DNA of 63,023 bases, the filler included, from Salisapilia sapeloensis CBS 127946 (lineage: Eukaryota > Protista > Oomycota), in the NCBI GenBank assembly GCA_023334545.1. It is 7 parts of 7 records of this genome, joined end to end, with 100 filler letters (N's around TTAATTAATTAA, not from the genome) between each part and the next. Parts side by side here need not be neighbours in the genome. Positions count along the whole stretch, not along the records: positions 1 to 23,493 come from JAADVB010000263.1; 6 more parts are not named here. One strand, given 5' to 3'. Both the position numbers and the translations under genes were made by a program. Shown piece after piece: positions 1-10,448 of the stretch. The notes below the pieces were generated by a model. That model did no database searches. It saw only the letters and a list, made by a program, of their open reading frames with translations, and was not told the DNA's origin. Each line of letters starts with the position of its first letter. Position 1 is the first letter of the stretch.

Positions 1-110
1 GAGCGTTCGAAATAAAGCTTCCGATTATTTTAGAAGTTATGGACAATTATTTGGCAATCAGACACCTCATTATATTTTGCAATTTTGACAGGTTTGACAC
101 GCCCTAATAA
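1..110. mobile_element. Right-hand part of a dispersed non-coding repeat (candidate MITE end), truncated by the window start
   Basis: Aligns with 62687-62794, including the identical block caatcagacacctcattatattttgc and the shared end (gtttgacac/aa..ccctaataa). Similarity to that copy stops at ccctaataa. Confidence 0.6.
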
Positions 111-1010
111 CGAAGCGCTCACTAGCGCAAGTAAAGCGAAGAGCTCATCAAGTCGAGCGACTGTTTCGCGCGCTTTTTCAAATGTGCACATTTCGAGGCC
201 GAGGCATGCCTTGAAGTCTTCACGGAGATGATTTTCTTCTGATTCCATACAAGAAGAACGATCGGTTGCTTTTGTACTCCTAAATTGGCAGGAAATTTAT
301 ATTGAAGTGCTCTGTTAGGTTTCCAATGGCACATGGCAAGTGGCAACACACAGTCGTATATTCTCAACGAATACGGAATTCTCCGATTTAATCACCATGG
401 GTATAATTGGAAAAGGTGAGTCTCCAATCACGTCGAAACGGTATGCAGTGCGAGCACGGCCTGAACTGAACGGGAACCATTCAGCTGATCAAGCAACATA
501 CGAAAGATGGAAGCGGGTATATACTGGACGAAGGAGGTATCTGACACCGACTAGATGAGTTTTCGTGCTCGATGACGGTTGACAGCACTTGCAAAGTCTC
601 GACAATACGTTTTGAGCAGCTTGGTGTTTACGATACCGTATGACGCAATCGAACGTAATTCAGACCGGGCGAATGCGATAAGTATTCAAGATGTGGCGAC
701 CAGACCTGAACATAGATTTAGATGGCTTTCTCGAGATAAAAGACTTTCAATCGCGTCGGAAGTTTGTCGACAAGAAAACATTAAAGAACATTTATTTTGC
801 CATGTCTTGCCCAAGTTACCATACTATTTAATTGGCTGAAAATAAAGAAAACAAATATGATTGGACAAATTGTGTTGGTCATCCAGGTTACTGTCAAAGA
901 TCGAGTTGAACTGCTGATTCAGAATTGCCTATCCAGCTTTCAAATCTCGTCTTTAAGTAGCAGCGTAAGTCAACTTCATCCAGAGGCAGATTCTTAAGGA
1001 CCAAAGGTGA
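111..1010 (+). mobile_element. Decayed Ty1/Copia pol relic (RT C-terminal half + RNase H), frameshifted
   Basis: Collinear Copia motifs read across frameshifts: QEIYIE-VL-RF-M (289-330; consensus SQxxYIExVLxRFxM), RARPE (451-465; TRPD), KRV...RYLxxT (511-552), YDA (639-647; YxDAD), WLSR (723; WxSxKQ), ADx..TKG (986-1008; ADxLTK). Nucleotide-similar to 35970-36320. Confidence 0.7.
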
Positions 1011-1621
1011 TGCTGGAAAGCAGCACGTATTAGGTGTCCACCACAAACAATTCCAACATTGTTATTGCTCGATCGAGTATGACTGCAGCCACCAGTGTCT
1101 GCAATCAACGCAAGTATATCAGACGATGTATCAGCTCTACGTTGATCTCTATCCGAAGCGAGTGTATGTAATCATGAATTCATCACTCCGCCTGGACCAG
1201 AGGAATCTTCAGATACGAAATTCTTGTATCTGTCAGTGTCAGCTAGACAGTAGATACACTACCACAGTTCACTCCTATCCAAATACGACTTGTCCCCATC
1301 TCACACCTATCTATAAAGCCCAAGTCCATCTCCTCACCAAATTACTCCAGCATGAAGTCACCACTCACATCCATCTGGATGTCATGAAGGCCAAGAACCG
1401 ATCTCTCATCCAACCAAACCCAAGCACTTCAACATTGCGTGCCTCTGTGTTTGAAATGAATCTCATTATCTCCAATCTTATATTTGTATCTCTGTTCTGC
1501 GCGAATGAGATTCCATGTCAGATCCACATCATACATAAACTTCGGCTGAGCTACTACGTCATACCACCATCGGGACTTGTAATCGATGTCTGTCTTCCAT
1601 GCGAAGCCAATTTTCTAGAAG

Positions 1622-1656
1622 TCATTTCCTACAAATCCATTTCGTGCAAACCATTT
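1622..1656 (+). promoter_or_regulatory. Cluster of oomycete initiator-like motifs (YCATTY) upstream of the desaturase
   Basis: TCATTT at 1622, CCATTT at 1637 and 1651, all within 40 nt of the ATG at 1661. Short motif with no clean FPR. Confidence 0.35.
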
Positions 1657-1660
1657 TAAA

Positions 1661-2854
1661 ATGGTAGCTGTTCCGCCTGGTGCACAGACGACGGCCACTG
1701 AAAAAGAGCTGGCCAAGGCAGGCTTCCAGCATGTCGAAGGAGCGCCGGAACCACTGCCGCTCGAGCGACCGGAATTCTCCGTAAAGGACCTCCGTGCTGC
1801 CATCCCGCCGCACTGCTTCGAACGCTCGCTATTCACTAGTATGTCCCACGTTGTCATAGACGTGAGCATCTGTGCAGCTCTCTTCTATGCGGCGACATAC
1901 ATTGACACGCTGCAGGAGATGAGTGCCTTCGCCGTGCTCTTGTGGCCAGTCTACTGGTTCTTCCAGGGCAGTTACGGCACTGGCATTTGGGTCCTCGCCC
2001 ACGAATGTGGCCACGAAGGTTTCTCCGATTACAAATTGGTCAATGACACCGTTGGTCTCATCCTCCACTCGGCGCTCCTGGTGCCGTACCACAGTTGGCG
2101 TATCTCCCACCGCCGCCATCACTCGAACACAAACAGTTGCGAGAACGACGAAGTCTTCGTTCCGTGCTCTCGCTCGGATATGGGACCACCACCAGCGGCC
2201 GGTGATCACCTTGAGGACGCTCCGATCTACCAACTCTACTCCATCTTCTACATGCTTCTCGTAGGATGGATGCCCGGCTATCTCTTTTTCAACGCTACCG
2301 GACCGAAGAAGTACGAAGGTAAGAGCAAAAGCCACTTCAACCCGTACTCGGCCATCTACTCTCCTCGTGAACGCTGGATGATCGTCCTGAGCGACATTGG
2401 GCTCGTGGTCGCGGCTGCCGGTCTCGGCTACGCCATCAACCAGTTCGGCTTTACGGCGTTTGCCAAGTTCTACCTCGTGCCATACATGATCGTGAATGCA
2501 TACCTCGTCCTCATCACGTTCCTCCAGCACACAGACACGTTCGTGCCGCACTTCCGTGAAGGCGAGTGGACGTGGCTGCGTGGCGCTCTGTGCACCGTCG
2601 ACCGAACGTTCGGATCGTACCTCGACGGCGTCTTGCACCACATCGTGGACACCCACGTCGTCCACCACATCTTCTCCAAGATGCCCTTCTACCACGCCGA
2701 AGAAGCCACCGAAGCCCTTCGCCCTGTCCTAGGCAAGTTCTACCTCAAGGACAACACGCCGGTGCCAGCTGCGCTCTGGCGCTCCTACCGCTACTGCAAG
2801 TTCGTAGAAGACGACGGCAAGATCGTGTTCTACAAGAAAGACTTGCGCCAGTAG
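1661..2854 (+). CDS. FAD2: Delta-12 (omega-6) fatty acid desaturase, intronless
   Basis: 397 aa with three His boxes (HECGH, HRRHH, HVVHH). The N-terminus (GFQHVEGAPEPLPLE..FS..DLRAAIP.HCFERS) matches the oomycete delta-12 desaturase type. Confidence 0.9.
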   Translation: MVAVPPGAQTTATEKELAKAGFQHVEGAPEPLPLERPEFSVKDLRAAIPPHCFERSLFTSMSHVVIDVSICAALFYAATYIDTLQEMSAFAVLLWPVYWFFQGSYGTGIWVLAHECGHEGFSDYKLVNDTVGLILHSALLVPYHSWRISHRRHHSNTNSCENDEVFVPCSRSDMGPPPAAGDHLEDAPIYQLYSIFYMLLVGWMPGYLFFNATGPKKYEGKSKSHFNPYSAIYSPRERWMIVLSDIGLVVAAAGLGYAINQFGFTAFAKFYLVPYMIVNAYLVLITFLQHTDTFVPHFREGEWTWLRGALCTVDRTFGSYLDGVLHHIVDTHVVHHIFSKMPFYHAEEATEALRPVLGKFYLKDNTPVPAALWRSYRYCKFVEDDGKIVFYKKDLRQ

Positions 2855-2923
2855 AAACATAAGTACACAAGATTGTCATTTCCTAGTCTCTCTCTCTGTT
2901 TCCTCTATGCATGCCTACTCTAC

Positions 2924-5640
2924 CTAGTCAAACCAGCGCTGCGCTGCCTTCTTCTCCTGGTCGCCAAACAGCTCCGTCTTGTAGTTCCGGACCATAGCTT
3001 CAAACGAGTCCTCCGGCCCCTGCTTCCCACGCTTCCTCTTCCCCTTCTTCTTCTTCGGCTCAGACGCCTCCTCCGCTTCCACCGGCTCAATCGGTTGCAC
3101 AGGTTCCACAGGTTCCTCCACCTTGGCTTTCTTCGCCTCCGGAGTCCCCTCCTCATTCTCGTCCCCTCCTTCAGCCTGCTCAGCCGCTCGCTGCCGCTTC
3201 TTCTCTCGCTGTCGCTGGCCTCGACTCTGCTTCTTCTTCTTCTCCACGCCCTGAGCCTTCTCCAAGGCTCTGGCCTCCTGCCGCTTCTTGGCCGCGTCCT
3301 GCTGCCGCTTCTCACGCAGCTTGAGCTTCCCGTGGTTCTCCAAGGCAAACTCGACGATCAGCCTCGTCTTCTCTTGCTTGCCTCCCTTGCCCTTCTTCAC
3401 GCTCGACCCACCGACAGCGTACTTGGTGTACGCCGTGTTGTTATTCAACGTCCGGAGCGCAGCGAGGGCATGCGGGTGCTCTGTGAACTCGACAAAGCCG
3501 TATCCCTTGGACTTGGCTGTCTTGCCAGGCTTGACATCCTCCGTCTCGCGCACCACCTTGGCTAACTTCACTTTTACCGGCGCATCCGGTCGAGACAGAC
3601 GCAAGTCGTAGTTGACCTTCTTCTCCGACTTGTCCAATCCTTTCTCTGCTGCTTCCTTAAACACTTCCTTGAGCTGCTTCTCGTCCACCGACAGCGCGAG
3701 ATTCCGCACCGACAGACGGTACGGCGAGACAAAGTTCAAAGGGTCCTTGAGCTTCTCCTTCTTCTCCTTGACAGCGCGCTTTCGACGCTCTTGGTCGATC
3801 TTGGGCATACCAGCCAACTCCTCCTCTGTCATCTTGTTCACGTTGATCGTACCTTCGTACGCCAAGTGCAGGTTGCGCTTATCCTTGCGCTGACGAGCGA
3901 GACGGTTCTCCTCCGACACTTTGCTCGCTTCGTCCTTGGACAGGGTCGGCGTCACCGTCAGCATACGCCCATCGAGCGTCAAGGCGTCTCCATCTGCGAG
4001 AGCTGATAGCTGGAACTTGTCCTTCTTGTCCTTCTTGTCTTGCTCTTCCTGAACGCGACTCTTGCTCAAGACACGGTCGGCAGCGTCCTGGTCTTGGAAA
4101 CGGACGAACGCGACGCCACGAGAGAGACCAGAGCCCTTGTCCATGACGATGCGAGCGTACTGGACTGGACCAAAGGTGGAGAAGAAGGAACGAACGGCGT
4201 CTTCCGTCGTCTGGAACGACAGGTTACGAACGAAGACAGTACGCAGACGCTCTGCCTCTGAATCCTTCTTCGGAGCAGACTTCTCTTCCTCTTCCTCTTC
4301 CATCTCCTCATCCTCCATCTCCTCATCCTCCACCTCTTCCTCCTCGACACTTTCCATCTCTTCATCTTCCTCCTCCTTGACACTATCATCTTCCTTGATA
4401 CTGTCCTCCTCTTCCTTGATACTCTCCTCCTCTTCCTTAATACTTTCCTCTTCCTCCTTGACAGTCTCTTCTTCTGCCGTCTCCTGCCTCTTGACGTACT
4501 CGCTTTTCTTGACAGCGACATCGACGACCATCTCTCGTCCCTTGAGCTTGCTTCCATTCAGCTCCTGGACAGCAGACGCCACGACAGAAGGGTCTAGGAA
4601 CTGGACAAATCCAAAGCCTCGACTCTTGCCTAGAGCTCCCTCCTCCGCCGCATGCCGAACCACCTTGGCTTCCTCCACTTGACCAAACTTGCTGAAAACC
4701 TTCTGCAAGTCCTCGTCTTTCGTCTCGAAGTGGAGGTTGCGCACGATCAGACGCTGCCCGACGGCCTCTCGCTGCCTCTTGCCAGCCGAGAACTGATGAT
4801 ACGCTTCCACCGACAGCTTCTGGCCCTTAAAGATGTGATTATCGAGCTTCTCGACAGCTTTTTCCACGTCGCGAAGTGCTTGGAGCTGCACGACAGCGTA
4901 CTTGACACCGTTCGACAGCTCCTTCACCTCGACAGAGTCCACTGGAGCAATCTTCTTGACCTTCTTAAAGACCTGCTTCTTCTCCACGTCTGGGGCTAGA
5001 CCGGAGAGGACGATCGACTTGGATGATGGAGTGGCTTGAGCTTCCTTTCGCTCCTCTACTTGACGCAAGAACTCTCGATGCTGACGACGACGAGCGTTCC
5101 GGTCGCTCTGCTTTCCCTCCGTCTTGATCTTGGGCTCTTCCTCCGTGACGGGAGCTACTGTCGGAACAGGCTCCTGCACGTCTACAGGTTCCTCCTTGAT
5201 CTCCGGCTTAACCTCACTGCTTTCTTCTACTACGTTTGGAGTAATGACCTTTCCTCCTCGCTTCTGAGGCTTCTCCTTGGCGATTTCTACAGCGAATCGT
5301 TAGGATAAAGACAGAATCAGAAGTCGACTTATGGACGTACCGATACGCATTTTGCGTCCATCGAGATCCATTCCATTCAACCTTTCAATCGCCAACTGAG
5401 CATCCGTCGGCACAGCACTATCAAAACACTTGTAAGTCTTGTAGGCAGCAAAGCATTGGCAGTCGAGACGTACAATTTGACAAATGCGAAACCTCGCGTA
5501 TTCTGCTCATTCTTCCTCGCACCCTTGTTCTTAATGACATCCACCTTTTTCACAGGCCCGACTTCACCAAACACTTGCTCGAGGTTCTCTTGTGTAACCC
5601 CATAGGGCAGATTCCGGACGAAGACACTTGCACTCGCCAT
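2924..5640 (-). CDS. RBM28: Nucleolar four-RRM protein, RBM28/Nop4 family; 3 exons (5640-5474, 5417-5341, 5286-2924)
   Basis: RRM1 VFVRNLPY..RGFAFVKF, RRM2 LIVRNL..GFGFVQF, acidic linker, RRM3 TVFVRNL..RGVAFV, and RRM4 RLSVRNL..KGYGFVEFTEHPHALAALRTLNNN with LIVEFALEN. GT-AG introns splice in frame. Confidence 0.9.
4381..4460 (-). repeat. Coding tandem repeat of about 21 nt (IKEEEES-like) in the RBM28 acidic linker
   Basis: Three to four imperfect copies of tcctcttccttgatact on the + strand. Confidence 0.7.
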
Positions 5641-5817
5641 GAGGTCTATGACTTTGGGTGGTGCCCGACTCTAGCCGCTGGAACCACCGAAAGTCTTGGT
5701 TAAAGTATACTCCGATCAAGTACGACACGTACTCTTAAGAGACGCAAAAGACATGACAAGCAGCAAGCGTCAGTACAGACAAAAGGGATAGATGTATTCA
5801 TGCATTGAGTATCTAAA

Positions 5818-6398
5818 TTAGCTAGATGGGACGCCCAAAATGGCCGACATGTCAGACGAATTGTAGCCTTTGACGTCCTTGTTCTGCTGTCGCTTGCGGT
5901 AGTGGATGCGACGGGAGATGGTCACCTTGCGACTATCGGATGAAGCCTTCTTCTCCTTCCGCCGCTTGTCCTTTTTAGACTTCTTCGCCTTCTTCTTCTC
6001 CTTCCGCTCGCTCTTCTCAGATTCTTCACTGTCCTCCTCTTTGCCTGTGATATGCAACGTTAGGACCATGATTTAGACGCGATAAGCACCAGCAAAGTAC
6101 CTTGATACGACTTGTTCAGAGCTGCTAGAACGTCCGAGAAACCCTGGGACGTCTCAGACCATCCCTGCGTCTCTGCCTGTGCTAAACTGCATCCGACGCC
6201 GAGACTTTCGGACCGACGAGCGACCTTGAGATGCGAAGCCTGACCCTGGAGGTCCTTGCCGACACCTTTCCCGGCTTTCCATCCCATCTTGACAAGCATC
6301 TTGTATCCAAACTTGGACGTGTCTTCCGCCCATGCCTTGTTCTGCAGTCCACCGACAGACACCATGACCTGGCCGCCATCATCCGTCTCCCGAGCCAT
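5818..6398 (-). CDS. G-patch domain protein (PINX1/GPATCH4-like); intron 6100-6045; start uncertain (6398 or 6365)
   Basis: NKAWAEDTSKFGYKMLVKMGWKAGKGVGKDLQG (G-patch with the PINX1-type preceding motif), followed by a Lys/Glu-rich tail. Confidence 0.8.
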
Positions 6399-6548
6399 CT
6401 CGACGACTTGTGCTTGTGTGACTGGCGACGACACGTGCTCTTATACACAGTCTAAACAATACTACTTTCAAATATACAGTATTTAAAATAGTACCGAGAG
6501 TTTTGTTTATTAGAGAACAATGGACATACTCGCGTACATGAGCAAAGT

Positions 6549-7706
6549 ATGCTGTCAAGACACCTGCGACCACTCTTCTACACCTTGCAGCATTCTCCGA
6601 GCTGCACTAGTACGCTAGTCAAGTCTTTGCAAGCTTCGAATGGCACTAGATTCTACTCTAGTAGAGATAAAACCAAAAGTAGGCAGCTAGAGCACAAGCT
6701 GCTGAAAGCTGAAAGCTACCTGAAGCCACTGACCCACGATGACTGGCAAGTCATTCGTCCTCGTCAGATACAAGTACACGTTTCTACATTGCTATCCCAC
6801 TGCCATCATACCAACGCACCTGTATATAGGACATCAATCCACCAGCGGAGTGGCTAACGAAACTAGACCAACTACAGGAGCGCATCGGCGTCCGCTTTCA
6901 AGACATCACGCACCTCCAATGTGCCTTAATCCACCACGGCGTCCTCCCTGCAAACCAAATCGACGAATCTCAGTTCCCACATCGACTATCGAACCGCAGT
7001 CTCGAGTTCCTTGGGGACTCGATCCTTGGCATGGGTGTCTCTGCCTACCTCTTCCAGACAGAGCCAAGTTTCCAGGAAGGAGACTTGACACATGCCAAGA
7101 AGGCACTCGTGAACAACCAAACTCTATCCAAGATCTGTGTCCACGCACTTCAAATGCATGACCTCATCCTCGTCCCCGACGACTTTAGCCTCGGTCGGCA
7201 AAGTCGGAAGCCACACTACCAAAAGGGTCGAATAACCATCCAAGCAGGTGCCGTGGAAGCACTCATCGCTGCCATCTATCTAGACCAGGTGCGTACATTA
7301 TAAGAAAGAGAAAGAGGTGAGAGCTGATGTCGTTCTAGGGTCTGGAGACGTGCCTACGCTTCATGAACGACCACGTGATCCCTCCTGCGATCGAATACGC
7401 GACGGACGAAGAGGTTTGGTACGCCGGGAATAAACTCCAGGAGCTACTCCAGGCTTATGGCCTTGGTCAACCAGAATACAAGTATGTACACGCATCTCTT
7501 AAGGACAGTCGATAGCAGCTGTAACGATAGACGATAGGCAACTCCCTGCGCCGGCCAACAGCGACGTCTACAAGGTGACAGTCGTGGTGAATGGAGATCC
7601 CATTGCGACGGCCAGTGGCGGATCGTACAAGGAAGCGAGACACAATGCTGCCAGTGAAAGCTACAACTTCTTCAGCCGGTTCTTAACGGCTCCAAAGAGG
7701 TCGTAG
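6549..7706 (+). CDS. RNase III domain + dsRBD protein with a predicted mitochondrial presequence; exons 6549-6773, 6830-7288, 7339-7481, 7538-7706
   Basis: Signature SLEFLGDS, EGDLT...LVNN..L, QAGAVEALIAAIYLDQG, and a C-terminal dsRBD (KLQELLQ..G..PEY...YKVTVVVNG..A.A.GGSYKEA..NAA). The N-terminus is Arg/Ser/Leu-rich and acid-free. Confidence 0.85.
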
Positions 7707-7780
7707 AGCTCGTGTCCAGAGGCAGAGGCACTAGATAGACAAGAAAAAAGATGGCATTTGTGACTATAGTGGCATTCCGC

Positions 7781-8366
7781 TTAGAACTCAGCTTCATCGC
7801 TCGACTCGTCGTCCTCATCCTTGGCAGTGGCTTTATTCGCAGCACTCGGTTCCTCTTCTGTGTACGGCACAGCCATGGCAGCGACGGCGGCACGACGTTT
7901 CGCACGAGGGATGATGTTAGCGGTGTCTACGCCGATAAAGTCGTCTTCATTTAGCTTGACTTCGGCGTCTGAGCCAGAGTCATTCCCGTCTTCATTGTCA
8001 CTGTCGTTCGTGCGTCTCCGCTTCGCCTGATGGACGAACGTTAGGAAAGAGGTTTCAAAGGAGACAGAGGAAGTGCTTACTTTATGATCCGTCGACTCCT
8101 CTCCACTCCCGTCTTCATCGTCATTCTCGTCTTCATCTTCATCCTCCTCGTCGTCGTTATCGTCCTCGACCTTGGCTACTTTCTCCTCCTTGGTCTTTTT
8201 CACCTCCTGCTTACCATTGGTCGTTTCTTCTGCCTTGCGCTTCTGACCGACAGACTCTTCACTTATACTTTTGCTACAGAGACAAGGAAGAAGGTTAGAA
8301 CATGCATGCTTGTCGTGGTAGAATGGAAGACTTCATGCAGCGAAGGACGTACTTGTCTTCGGACAT
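7781..8366 (-). CDS. Small acidic nuclear protein with a CHZ-like (histone chaperone) motif; about 3 exons
   Basis: MSED/N exon at 8366 spliced to KRKAEE plus acidic tracts. EDDFIGVDTANIIPRAKRR resembles the Chz1 EDD..EID.SNII..RR motif. Confidence 0.6.
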
Positions 8367-8763
8367 GGCGAATTCGTCTGCTTTTGGCGCGAGTCCGAAC
8401 CGCTTTTTGGTTGGTGCCTGTTTTGCTATAAATACATTTGACACACACTATTTGGCTCTTACAGAAAGCTATGGAAAGACATTAGAGTGTTCATTATTAC
8501 AAAACCACGGTGTATATTTAGAAACCCCACTTCAACAAGATCTTCCACAGCTCTTGACCGATGGACACCTCTTCTAGCCTTTCCAACCTTTTTCATGTCG
8601 ATCTCGTCTACTTTGCATGTATTTATACTGTCGAAAATCTAGTTTCTACTGCCCATACTACATGTCTTATCGACATGGACTAAATTTAGGACACTGGAAT
8701 CTAGTCTTATCCGCAGCAAGATCCTCTTGTACTCCAGTTTGCATATCACGAGCTAGTGTCAAG

Positions 8764-9367
8764 ATGGGTGGAAACGCAGGTGAAAATATTGGAGGAGGGT
8801 CGAATATCCTACGAGGTGGTAAGCGAGCGTATAACTGCAAGACGCTCGTTGGAAACTTTGTCGAAGAAACGTACCGACCGAACGCTGTCAAGGAAAAGTG
8901 GCCTGGTGGATCCAGATATGAAACTACTGCGCAGCATCAAATGCTCGAAGGCGCTGGCGTCCAAATGACGCGATATGGTGCAGGACTGAAGAAACCAGAA
9001 GACCCTCGTTTCGACTACAACCAGCTCATCGGTGCCAACAGACTATACTCGGACTTGAATTGGAAATCACTCGCACATTCTGCCCATTCGCTATCGAAAG
9101 AGGTTTGTCTACATATCTAACTAGTACACGCTTGAATGCATACTCATACAATAACGATAGCCGACGGAGTTTGCAGCACCGAGAGAACGACCATTATGCA
9201 ACATGAACGAGTCAGAGCTACAGCAATATCGCCACCGATGGACCAAGGACACGAACGACCTCAAGGTAGTCCGATATGTGACGGAAAGCTCCGCAACCCA
9301 GCAATCAGCAACCTCCTCCCGTTTCTGGAAACCTCTCACGGGTTCCAGTCCTCCATCTTTCACTTAA
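8764..9367 (+). CDS. Probable ciliary microtubule inner protein (CFAP68/CFAP95/CFAP107-like family); intron 9103-9160
   Basis: YNCKTLVGNFVEE resembles the Y..x.LIGNW.EE motif of these MIPs. The spliced second exon contains L..YR.RWT.D....RY.TES. Confidence 0.55.
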
Positions 9368-9609
9368 CTATGAATACACTATCATTCTCTCTCGACAGCT
9401 TCCGCTCCACCTCCAAAGCCATGTCTACATAATCCGTACAGCAGCCCAGCACCCAGTGGCCGTCAGACGTCCACGAGCCTGTCGTGGCCGCATCTGTACC
9501 TCTCCTGTACCAATCGCTGTTGAATTCGCACTTAGCGGGAGAGTAAAATTGGTTGGAAGCGCCAAAGCCATTTTGATCCAAGAGTCAATCAGAAGCACAA
9601 GTAGCAGGC

Positions 9610-10060
9610 ATGTCGTCTAGTGGAATCGCCGTGGGACTCAAGAAGGGCTACCCAAGCAACAAGAAGACCGTCCCGAAGACGTCTGCTTCGCGCAAGGGCG
9701 TACGTTTTACTTTAATATGAACGACTATGAGAAACAGACAATTGATGGAGCAAATGCGTTTCTAGCGCTGTGGACCCAAGACCAAGGTCGTCCGTGATGT
9801 CGTCCGTGAAGTTATGGGCCTCATGCCGTACGAACGTCGTATCCTTGATATGATCAAGAGCGGTGGATCCTCCGCGGAAAAGCGCATCTACAAGTTCGCC
9901 AAGAAGCGCGTACGTTTTGTCTTGTCTTATCGAAAATGCTCTATTCATACTCACGCTCGTCGTATTATAGCTCGGAACGCACCGTCGTGCACTCCAGAAG
10001 CGTGAGGAGATGAAGCAGCACTACGCCACTCTTCGTGCCAAGCAGGCTGGTGCCGCCTAA
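9610..10060 (+). CDS. RPL36: 60S ribosomal protein L36 (eL36); introns 9700-9765 and 9910-9970
   Basis: GIAVGLKKGY, VRDVVREVMGLMPYERRILDMIK, KRIYKFAKKR/LGTHRRALQKREEM. Confidence 0.95.
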
Positions 10061-10448
10061 GCTTGCTCCTAGACCGTTGCGCAGGGTAGAGGCTACCTCG
10101 CGAGCGACGGCAGCCAGCGTCAGCTGTGCTTGTGGATGCATATATCCTCTTTTAGGAGCTGCAAGTGCCTGATGCTGTCTGCTGGAACGTTGCGCTAAAG
10201 GAGAAACACGATCGGATCATGACGAATGCTTCACTTTAACGTTTTTTCATTAGTATTTCCTACACTCCTGTCGCACTGATATATTGCTTCGTTGCATGCG
10301 GTACAGACATGCTCTGTAGGCTGTCTCACGAATGACTCTAGCATGGTCCTACGTGCAAGGATGGATTGAGCTATTTTAAGCGGATCAGTTGCAACGACGA
10401 TTGCCCCGCTGACCACAACTGCATTTGGCCTAGAGAGTTGTATTAAAC

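Noticed and set aside
30-248. Minus-strand ORF with EENHLREDFK..LGLE resembling an IS4-family transposase motif
   Set aside because: The plus strand of the same DNA carries a collinear chain of Copia RT/RNase H motifs, and the homologous copy at 36 kb has stops in this minus frame. Judged a chance antisense resemblance.
1126-1659. 177-aa plus ORF, and a minus-strand WIGVNC...L.L segment resembling an LRR N-cap
   Set aside because: No recognisable domain or genic codon bias, and no LRR repeats follow the six-residue match.
1829-2695. 288-aa antisense ORF inside the desaturase (similar ones lie within RBM28, FANCI and Myb)
   Set aside because: Shadow ORFs expected from high GC3 coding sequence; no motifs.
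6600-6700. Local cluster of CTAG tetramers suggesting genome-wide CTAG excess
   Set aside because: A hand count over 20.7-22.7 kb gave 11 against roughly 8 expected, which is too weak to claim without a genome-wide computation.
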